Positions 11,296 through 21,423 of a DNA stretch of 64,000 bases are shown piece by piece. Source of the stretch: Okamejei kenojei (Eukaryota); contig CM069133.1 of assembly GCA_035221665.1 (NCBI GenBank), forward strand, positions 7,440,001-7,504,000, read 5' to 3'. The notes beneath the pieces are model-generated. The model did no database searches and had not been told where the DNA came from. It worked only from the letters and a program-made list of their open reading frames with translations. The translations under genes were made by a program, and so were the position numbers. Each line of letters begins with the position of its first letter. Position 1 is the stretch's first letter.

Positions 11296-11474
11296 TGGTA
11301 TCAATCATCGTCGATAGCCAACAATCTGCCTATCAGGGAACCACTCCTGCCTGGAGGAGGATCAACACAACTGACTTCAGTCGGAAGATGTAGACACAAG
11401 GATCGGCAGATGCTGGAATGTAGCTGAGAGCACAAAGTACTGGAATAACTGGGATTGAGGAAGTTCCCGACCCA

Positions 11475-11872
11475 AAACATCACCTATCCATGTTCTCCAG
11501 ACATGCTGCCTGACCCGCTGAGTTACTCCAGCACTCGGTGAAACGTCACCTATCCATGATCTCCATAGATGCTGCCTGACCGACTGAGTTACTCCAGCAC
11601 TCTGTGAACCATCACCTATGTATGTTCTCTAGAGATGCTGCCTGACCCGCTGAGTTACTCCAGCATTCGGTGAAAGTCACCTATCTATGTTCTCTAGAGA
11701 TGCTGCCTGACCGCTGAGTTACTCCAGCACTCTGTGAAAACGTCACCTATCCCATGATCTCCACAGATGCTGCCTGACCCGCTGAGGTTACTCCAGCACT
11801 CGGTGAAACGTCACCTTTCTATGAATCTCCATAGATGCTGCCTGACCCGCGAGTTACTCCAGCACTCTGTCT
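11475..11872 (+). repeat. Tandem array, six copies of a ~66-bp unit derived from the Penelope 3' terminal sequence
   Basis: Unit AAACGTCACCTATCCATGTTCTCCAGAGATGCTGCCTGACCCGCTGAGTTACTCCAGCACTC(G/T)GTG. Similar to 12744-12800 at the Penelope 3' end. Confidence 0.85.
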
Positions 11873-12059
11873 TCTATGCTGGGGCCTCCTTGCCAAGTCC
11901 GGTGCTGACCATTTGTTTTCCCCTAGTCTGATTCCCTTCCGTCCATATACCTTATCCACCACCAACAGTACGCACAAGAACAGGCATTTTGAAGCCTTCT
12001 CGCTCGACCTAACTTGTCATAGTTCGTGTGCAACACCCTCACCTCTCATTTGTTCTGCC

Positions 12060-12815
12060 CTTGCTCCCGAAATTTCCACCCCCTCCAACGGGATCCCACC
12101 ACTAGCCACATTTTTCCCATCTCACCCCACCCACCCCCCCCCCCCCCCCCAAATTTTTACCTCCTCCCTCGAATCTGTCCAGGGACCCTGACAGTCTTTT
12201 CAGGTTAGGCAGAGGTTCACTTGCACCTCCTCCAACCTCATCTACTGTATCCATTGTTCAAGATGTGGACTCCTATACATCAGCGAGACCAAACGCAGAG
12301 TGGGCGATCGTTTTGCGGAACACCTTCGCTCAGCCCGCCTGAACCAACCTGATCTCCCGGTTGCTGGACACTTTAATTCTCCTTCCCATTCCCACACTGA
12401 CCTTTCTGTCCTCGGTTTCCTCCATTGTCAGAGTGAGGCTAAACGCAAATTGGAGGAACAGCATCTCATATTTCGCTTGGGCAGCTTACAGCCCAGTGGT
12501 GTGAATATTGATTTCTCTCACTTCAGGTAGCCCCGGCATTCCCTCTCTCTATCCCTCCCCCACCCAAGTCGCACCAGCTTCTCGTTTTCACCCAACAAAC
12601 AGCTTACAATGGCCTCTTTCTTTTATCATCGATACTTTTTTTTTGCATATCTTTCATTCATTGTTCTTTATCTCTCCACATAACCGTCTATATCTCTCTA
12701 TTTCCCTTATCCCCGAACAAGTCTGAAGAAGGGTCTCGACCCTAAACATCACCCATTCCTTCTCTCCAGAGATGCTGCCTGTCCCCGCTGAGTTACTCCG
12801 GCTTTTCGTATCTAT
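12060..12815 (+). mobile_element. Penelope-like retroelement 3' fragment with GIY-YIG endonuclease (pseudogenised)
   Basis: Frame ending at 12530 reads FQVRQRFTCTSSNLIYCIHCSRCGLLYISETKRRVGDRFAEH..PVAGHFN..H..EQHLIFRLGSLQPSGVN, a PLE GIY-YIG with the CxxC insert. Upstream LQRDPTTSHIFP linker; in-frame stop near 12190. Confidence 0.88.
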
Positions 12816-12890
12816 TGTAGACTTTTTTTTAATGTTGCTTTTCCATCAGATGGCACCATAGATTACTCAAATCTTGTGTCGAATGATTAA

Positions 12891-13594
12891 AGGACCTGTC
12901 CCATTTACGTGTCCTTGGCACGCAAATTACACTACCTCGCGTGGTCGCGTTGAGACGCGATGGTCGAGCGAAGGTCGAAGGGGATTTCATGCGTACGCAC
13001 AGCCGTCTGGAGCGTGTGACGTCATTTGAAGATGGACACAAAGCTGGAGTAACTCAGCGGGACCGGCAGCATCTCTGGAGGGAAGGAATGGGTGATGTTT
13101 TGTGTCGTGACTTCTTCAGTCTGAAAAGAAGAGTTTTGACCCGAAACGTCACCCATTCCTTCTCTCCAGAGATGCTGCCGGTTCCGCTGAGTTACTCCTG
13201 CATTTTGTGTCTATATCTACTTTTGTGTCTTTTTCTTGGCCCACTCTGGGAGTAGAAGTGGGGACGGATCCGGACCGCAACGGACGTGTGCCCCAGACCG
13301 AGCTCGGTGATCGATTGCCTGCTTCTGCTGCTGTTGGAGGTGAGATGTTGTGTCGCGCCAGGGTCTTGGGCCTGTCCCACTTTGGCCATCAGTTACGCGA
13401 CAGGCAGTCGGCGCGAAAAGATTTTGTTCACTACAAAAATTTCAGAGCCCCGTGCGATGTCGCGCACAACTACATACCCCTCTGCGCTTCGCAGTGGGAC
13501 CCGGCCCCGTGTGGCCACACGATGCCCATGCGCCTCAACTCGACCACGAAGTTGCGTAATTTGCGTGCCAAGGACACATAAGTGGGACAGGCCT
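12891..13594. mobile_element. MITE with AGG..CCT termini and TTAA flanks, containing a palindromic Penelope-end insert (13030-13218)
   Basis: TIRs AGGACCTGTCCCATTTACGTGTCCTTGGCACGCAAATTAC / GTAATTTGCGTGCCAAGGACACATAAGTGGGACAGGCCT; TTAA at 12887-12890 and 13595-13598. Confidence 0.8.
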
Positions 13595-13669
13595 TTAAGG
13601 ACATTCATATCGGCATGCAGTTTGGAAACAGGCCCATCAGTCCAACTTGCAGAAGAACAAGCCCTTTGG

Positions 13670-16481
13670 TAATATATTATTACATTACAGTACACTTCAG
13701 CAAAATACACTATAATATTATAACATTATAACACGCTATGACAATAACACACTTTAGCACACTAATACAATATTATATACCATAATACAATATAATTAAA
13801 ATACATTATAACACACGATAATACATATATACACGTTAACACGATATCACACGATAAAACATTAGAACACTTAACAAACTAGAATCTGTTATAACACTTA
13901 CAATAACATACAATGAAACACATTATAAAACATCATAACTTTTATTCTGTTTCATAGTGTATTTTCCTGTAGTATAGTGTTTTTTATTCTAGTGAGTTAT
14001 GTTTACAATGGTGTATTGTCTATAGTGTTTAGTGTATATAGTTGATAGAGGGATAGAGATAAAGATATTGAACTAGATCGATAGTTAGACATGGATGGGG
14101 ATAGAGATTGAGATACTATAATGATATACTATAATAAATATATAAAATACTATAATAAATATATAATATACTAATAAAAATACTACTAAAAATACTACAA
14201 TCCTTTAACATTATAATATATTTTATAATTAACACATTATATTATACATAATACTGCTAATATTGTGCATAATATTGCATATAACCTTTTACAATATAAC
14301 AATATAACACTAAAACATACGCTAAACACTAACACACTTTATCCTATAAAACACTATATCACTATAATACACTATACCACACTAACAGTATAATCACTCG
14401 TATAATATATTTTGACGCTTAACAACATCACCTGCTATCACTATATTACAATGAAATACACTATGAATTAGTATAACATACTCTTTAGTTAGTGTTAGTG
14501 TGTTATAGTTTATTATAGTATTCTTGTATATTTTAGTATTATATTAGTGTGTTATACTGTTATAGTGAGTTATTCAATTTTAGTGATAGTTTTTATAATG
14601 TGTTAAATGTAGGATACGATAGATATAACCCACTAAAACAGATGCTGTGTTGTATTGTTGTTTATTCGTATGTGTTTTAGTGTATTATAGTTATAATGTG
14701 CATATAATTGTGCTATAATTGTGTCGTAATTGACTGCTTTGTTTTATATAGTATTTTATAATAGGATATAGTTATAAACTAAATAATATACCATACACAA
14801 ACTAATACATACAGCACACTGTAACTCTANNNNNNNNNNNNNNNNNNNNNNNNNNNNNNNNNNNNNNNNNNNNNNNNNNNNNNNNNNNNNNNNNNNNNNN
14901 NNNNNNNNNNNNNNNNNNNNNNNNNNNNNNNNNNNNNNNNNNNNNNNNNNNNNNNNNNNNACACTAACCCTATAATATGATATTGCACGATAATACATTA
15001 TAACAGAACACTAGGATCTGCTGTAACACCACAACACTATAAGACAATGTAACACACTATAAAACATTGTAAAATACTGGCTAGTTAGTGCGCTATAGAC
15101 TATTATAGTGCTCTTGTTATTGTTGCGTGTTATTGTAATTATAGTGATATGGTGTGTTATAATATGTTACAGTATATTATAATGTGTTGTATTGTTGTTG
15201 TGTATTATGGTGTCTGCTAATGTATATAGCGTGTTGCTATGTATTATGTGTAAATTTCCTGTATTTACGTGTAATTTAGTACAGTGTAATATTTATAATA
15301 GTGCATCGTATACAGTAGACAGTGTATAGGATAGTATAGTATAATAAACATAATTGTGTATTATAGCATACCTTGTATTTATAATGTTATGGTGTAATTA
15401 CAGGATGTTGCAGTGAGTGAAAAGGTTAATGTGTTAGAGTGCGATATGGTATGTTATAGAGTTTCATAGCGTTTTAAAGGCGTGATAATGCGTGTTATAC
15501 GGTGTTAAAAAAGTGTATATATTGCGTTATAGTGTATTTTAGAGGTGTAATGTATTATAGTGCGTTATAGTATATTGCAATGCGTTAGAATGTGTTATAG
15601 TGCATTGTAGTGCTATATTGTAGTATAATGTATAATGTGTTATAGTTATGTGTTGTAGTGCATCTTAGTGTAATAGTGTAATTAATCGTGTTGTAATGTG
15701 TTACAGTATAATGTATTATTGTATTACAGTGTGTTATTGCGTTGAACTGTGTTATAGTTATGTGTTGTAGTGCATCTTAGTGTTATAGTGTAATTAATCG
15801 TGTTGTAATATCTGCAATAATATTATCACTATAAACACAATGTAACACGAGCCTAAAACAGTATAACATACTAATAGTGTTAGTGTGTTATAGTTTATTA
15901 CAATATATAGTTTATAATACTTATAACGTATAATATAACACACTAACACACCATAACGCACTTTAAAACAATATAACACTAATATAATATATATTACAAT
16001 ATAACACTAATATAATACACAATCACAAACACACTAAACACACTAATAAACACACTTTAACACGCTATAATGCACTCTAACACATTAACACTTTCACACA
16101 CTGCAACATCCTGTAATACACCATAACAATATAATACAATAAGGTACACTATAATACACAATTATGTTTATTAGTTACAGGGTTTTGTAGAGCATTATAG
16201 TGCATTAGTGTTACAGTGTGTCATAATAAACATAATTTCAATATGTGTTTAATAAACATAATATGTGTGTTTATTATACTATACACTGTCTACTGTATAT
16301 GATACACTCTTTAGTAAATTACACATGAATACAGGACAATAACACTTATAATACACAGCAACACACCATAATACTCTTTAACACTTTCATACACTGTCAA
16401 ATCCTGTAATACACCATAACATAATACACTAAGACACACAATAGTTTATACTATACTATCCTGTGCAATGTGTATTATATA
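13670..16481. repeat. AT-rich degenerate satellite (ACACTATA/TAATAC/TATAAC motifs) with alternating strand blocks
   Basis: Blocks nearly devoid of G alternate with blocks nearly devoid of C. The same family continues at 18152-18650, 24089-26930, 32340-32574, 34390-37980, 47658-49830 and 51620-52200. Confidence 0.85.
14830..14960. other. Assembly gap (131 N)
   Basis: Run of n. Confidence 1.
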
Positions 16482-18151
16482 CAGTGGCTTGCAAAAGTAT
16501 TCATACCCCTTGAACTTTTTCACATTTTGTCACGTTACAACCACAAACGTAAATGTATTTTATTGGGATTTTATGTGATAGACCAACACAAAGTGGCGCA
16601 TAATTGTGAAGTGGAAGGAAAATGATACATGGTTTTCAAATTTTTTTACAAATAAAAAACTGAAAAGTGTGGCGTGCATAAAGTATTCAGCCCTCCTTTA
16701 CTCTGATACCCCTAAATAAAATCCAGGTGAAACCATTGCCTTCAGAAAAGTACTAATTAGTAATAGAGTCCAAATGCTGTGTAATCTATTCTCAGTATAA
16801 ATACATCTGTTCTGTGAAGGCCTCAGAGGTTTGTTAGAATAGAGAATCATTAGTGAAGAAACAGCATCATGAAGCCCAAGGAACACAACAGACAGGTCAG
16901 GGATATAAAGTTGTGGTGAAGTTTAAAGCGAGGGTTGGGTTTAAAAAAAAATATCCCAAGCCTTTTGAACATCTCACGGAGCATCTGTTCTATCCATCAT
17001 TCCGGATCCGAAATTGGAAAAGGTATGGGCACAACTGCAAATCCTACAAGACATGGCCGTCCACCTAACTGACCAGGCCGGGCAAGGAGAGAGCATTGAT
17101 CTGAGAAGCAGCCAAGAGGCCCATGGTAACTCTGGAGGAGCTGCAGAGATCCACAGCTAGGTGGGAGAGAGAATCTGTCCACAGGACAATATTAGTCGTG
17201 CACTCCACAAATTGGGCCTTTATGGAAGAGTGGCAGAAGAAACGCCATTGTTGAATCAAAGCCATAAGAAGTCCCGTTTGCAGTTTGCCACAAGCCATGT
17301 GCGGGGACACTGACAAACATGTGGAGGAAGGTGCTCTGGTCTGATGAGACCACAAATTGAAGCTTTGGCCTAAATGCCCCAAAACGGTATGTGTGGTGGA
17401 AAACTAACACTGCCACATCACTGACCTGAACACACCATCCCACTGTGAAACATGGTGGTGGCAGCATCCTGCTGAGGGGATGCTTTTCTTCAGCAGGGAC
17501 AGGGAAGCTGGTCAGAGTTGATGGGAAGATGGATGGAGCCAATACTGGGTAATTCCTGGAAGAAAACCTGTTAGAGTCTGCAAAAGACTTTTGACTGGGG
17601 CGGAGGTTCACCTTCCAGAGGACAACGACTGTAAACCAATACAGGCAGAGCTACAATGGAATGGTTTCGATCAAAGCATATTATGTTGTTAGAATGGCCC
17701 AGTCAAAGTCCCAGACTAAATCCAATTGAGAATCTCTGGCAAGACTTGAAAATTGCTGTTCACAGACGCTCTCCATCCAATTGATGAGCTTGAGCTATTT
17801 TGCAAAGAAGAGAATGGGCCAAAAATTTCAGTCTTCTAGATGTGCAAAGTTGGTACTAGAGAGATACCCAAAAGACTTGCAGCTGTAATTTGCAACGACG
17901 AAGGTGGTTCTACAAAAAGGTATTGACTCAGGGGGGGCTGAGGGGCTGAATACTTTTGCACGCCACACTTTTTAGTTTTTTATTTGTAATAAAATTTGAA
18001 TGAAACATGTATCATTTTCTTCCACTTCACATTATGCACCACTTTGTGTTGGTCTATCACATAAAATCCCAATAAATACATTTAGTTTGTGGTTGTAAAG
18101 TGACAAATGTGGGAAAAGTTCAAGGGGTATGAATACTTTTGCAAGCCACTG
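16482..18151 (+). mobile_element. Tc1/mariner transposon (Passport/Eagle-like IR/DR type), full length, frameshifted transposase ~16869-17926
   Basis: TA-CAGTGGCTTGCAAAAGTATTCATACCCCTTGAAC...GTTCAAGGGGTATGAATACTTTTGCAAGCCACTG-TA; ~210-bp TIRs with an inner direct repeat. Transposase fragments MKPKEH, GRPP, VLWSDET, TVKHGGG, EWPSQSP..NPIENLW. Confidence 0.92.
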
Positions 18152-19189
18152 TATATGATACACTAATATATACATCTCACTGTACTAAAAATCACGTAAA
18201 TACAGTAAAATACAATATAACACATTGATACACAATAAACACATACCATAATATCAAAACAGTACAACACACAATACTGTTTTATAGTGTCTTATTACAT
18301 TTTCTTATTAGTGTTACAGCAGATTTTTAGTGTTATAATGTAATTATCGATGCGATATCGTATTATAGTGTTAGTCTGTGTGTGGCTTTGTGATGTATGT
18401 TTGTAAGTGTGTGTTATGCGGTATTATACAGCTATATGTATTATATTGTGATGCGTATTATATCATTTATACCAATATATTCTACTACAAACTACTATAT
18501 AAAACAATACAGTAACTTATTACACATAATACGAAATTTTAATTTACTATTATACAATATAATATACATTAATTCTCTATAATACACATTATCACATTAA
18601 AAATACATAACACATATAAAAAATAACACAGTATCACACTTTACCACTATAATAGTAAGATTAAACGAGAACTTACCAAGTTTGAAGGTTGATCTGTATT
18701 TTACGAGGAGTCGCGGTGAGGGATTTCGTGAAGACCCCGCCAGCACGCATGCGCGGCATTCTTCAAAGCAGCGGTGTGGAATCACAGAACCAAACCATGA
18801 CTAAAAAATAGTAAGATGAAAACGTAGAACTACCTGGTTGACCTTATGATAGAGGGTGGGAGCGGTGGGCACGAAATCCCTCACCGCGACTCCTCGTAAA
18901 ATACAGATCAACCTTCAAACTTGGTAAGTTCTCTGTTTAATCTTACTATTTTACTTCGGAGTCAGAGTGAGTGACTTCGTGAAGATTTCAAAGCTCTGTG
19001 ATTTCACGCCCTGGACAAACGTCCATGCTTATCACACTGCCGCCAGTCTGATGGAGGAAGGCTGTTAATGGAGTTTCAGTCGAAACTGGCTGAAAATCTA
19101 CACAAGTTTATAATAAAATATAAACAACAAAAACCCCTAATTTGGGGCAGACATTTACTGAGCGGCTCCCAGGATAGCTTCTACGAATG

Positions 19190-20100
19190 CCGCAGGGGCG
19201 GCAGAGGCTTGTTATAGAAACCGTTGAAAGGTTTTTCCACTGGCCCAGCCCGCGGTGGCGAGAATGTGGTCCATGGGCACCTCCATGGCTCTCGCCGTCT
19301 GATGTGGATGCAGCCCTGGTGGAATGAGACTTAAAATGTCCAGTAGCAAATCTGCTGCATCCCAGCAGCACCACCCTGAGCCACCTGGCGATCGTCTGTG
19401 TAGTTACCCGATGATGCGGAGGTTTATGACTGATGAGGAGACCCTGTTCCTTCATCCTGATAACTCCAGTAACTCGGATGTAGTGGTGGAGATGGGTGAC
19501 TATGCAGAGAGTGGCATCTACAGGGTGAAATTCCAACTGCAGCCCATGCGCTCCTGGCCTGTGCTGTTTTAATAATTCTTTGACAAAGAAATTTATTTGA
19601 CCAGGGGTGGCCACCATGCTGTCCAGTTGCAGTTTCTGTAACGTCTGGACTCGTTGGGCTGTAGTTAGTGCCATAAGCAATACCACCTTGAGGGTGAGCT
19701 GATTCAACGGTAGCTCATCTATTGGAGCCCAGCTCCTCAGTAGGGTCAGCACAATCCCCACATCCCCACGTTACTGTATATCTGGGTCGTGGAGGGTTGG
19801 TGTTGAAACACTCCCCTCATTAGTTTAGACACCAGGTGGTTGGAGCCGACACCTATATCCAGGTATGAGGACAGCGCACTCTGGCGCTGTTGATGGCACT
19901 GTAGCTGAGGCCAGCATCGAAATGGAGGCCTGCTAGAAACTCCAACACATCAGGTATTGTTGCCGAGTTGGAAGAACTTGTTGGTCCGGGCACAGAATGC
20001 CTCCCACTTTCTGATTTGGGTGAGGTATTGTTTCCGAGTTGATTCTCGGCATGATTGATGCGGCGATAAGGTCTATGGCTCTTTAACAAGATGCCTGCCC
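19190..20100 (-). pseudogene. DIRS tyrosine recombinase (frameshifted)
   Basis: GLSYSAINSAR, ALTTAQRVQTL (catalytic Arg), FKSHSTRAASTS (H-x-x-R). Confidence 0.85.
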
Positions 20101-20138
20101 GGATGAGTGGTCTTTCAGAACCTGCAGGCCAACAAGTT

Positions 20139-20545
20139 TTAAATGACCATGGCAAGGATGACTGACCTCCCCGTAATGGGGTGAGTAATCAATTTGGGAT
20201 GTTTCCCAATCGCCATCCCTGGTTGTTTTACAATTTCTACAACCATCGGGTACCATGGTTGTGTAGGCCAGTCGGGAATGATCAATATGCCAGTTTCAGA
20301 GTCTAGTTTAATTTTCTGCAATACCCGACTGGTGAGGCAGAATGGGGGAAATGCGTAGCAAACCATTTCCCCCAATGGATAAAAAAACGCATCCATTTGC
20401 TATTGCCCCAGGGTCTGGTTCCCACAAACACATACGTTTGGTATTCGATGGTACACGGAAATTTCAGCCTGGACGCAAATAGGTCAATATCTGGTGTCCC
20501 AAAATGAGCTATAATATCTCCAAAATTTGGGGGTTCAACATCCAC
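20139..20545 (-). pseudogene. DIRS DNA N6-adenine methyltransferase-like domain
   Basis: PDIDLFASRL, DAF, YAFPPF and LIIPDWPTQPWYP motifs, typical of the DIRS1 MT domain. Confidence 0.8.
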
Positions 20546-20963
20546 TCAATGTTGTCATTGAAGACTCGTGACTGGTGTCCGCCACTGAATGAAGCTTCCC
20601 AGGCAAATAGGTCGCAGTAATCCAAAATATTTCTTTCAATGCACCAGTGCCAAATTGTAATAGCCAATTCATCACAAACTAGCGACCTGATACCACCCAT
20701 ATGATTGATGTAAGCCACTACTGTAGCATTATCTATTTGAAAGCGGATATGTAATCCCGTGAATTAGACAGTAAGCCCGCAGTCCATGAAATGCCCCCAG
20801 CATTTCTATATAGTTTATCCCATGTGACTCCAGGAATGTAGACTCATGAGAGTTCCATCTGCCACCACAACTGGACATCGTACCAGTTGCTCCCCAGCCT
20901 GGTGCACTTGCGTCAGTTAGTAGCACAACATCAGGGTTGCTCACTATAATAAGTCAATGACAT

Positions 20964-21423
20964 TAATATAATATTGACTGGCCTTGAGGGAGACACCAGG
21001 AATATTGCCCAAACTGAAATCATATTGCCCGAGGGCAATATGATTTCAGTGCGGGCAATATTCCTGGTGTCTCCCGAAAGAAGCCAGTCAATATTATAAT
21101 TATTACCTATCCCCACGTAAATTAAAATAAATCCGTCGTCGTCAAGAGACGCGAATCTCGCACTGCTGGAGGCTGCCATGTTTGTTTAGATGCCGTGACC
21201 TGATTCTTCGCGGTGAACTTTGGCCGGGTTCGTGTCCCGGATGTACGCCGGATGTAATATTTCATCTTTGTGATTGACCGCAGTTTTTCTACGTAAAGTC
21301 AATGGCGAAACCCGGAAGAAGAAAAATACCAAGTAATATTGCCCGCTGGAAACTGCGCGTTTTTGGACCAATCAAAATACCAACTAATATTGCCCAGTAA
21401 AACTACCTCATATAGGTAATAAT
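20964..21423. mobile_element. Small non-coding hairpin element inserted into DIRS 1 (putative non-autonomous tyrosine-recombinase/Crypton-type element)
   Basis: Interrupts the RT-RNaseH linker (IDNIK | ..SNPDVVLLTDAS). ~64-bp-arm palindrome at 20967-21097; TAAT at both ends; six ATATTGCCC motifs. Confidence 0.7.

Noticed and set aside
11475-11872. CRISPR-like appearance of regularly spaced repeats
   Set aside because: Whole units repeat with no unique spacers, the context is eukaryotic, no cas genes are present, and the unit derives from a Penelope end.
19108-20545. Phage or bacterial integrase plus methyltransferase (contamination or HGT)
   Set aside because: Both are standard DIRS1 domains lying between DIRS ITRs/ICR together with RT and RNase H.
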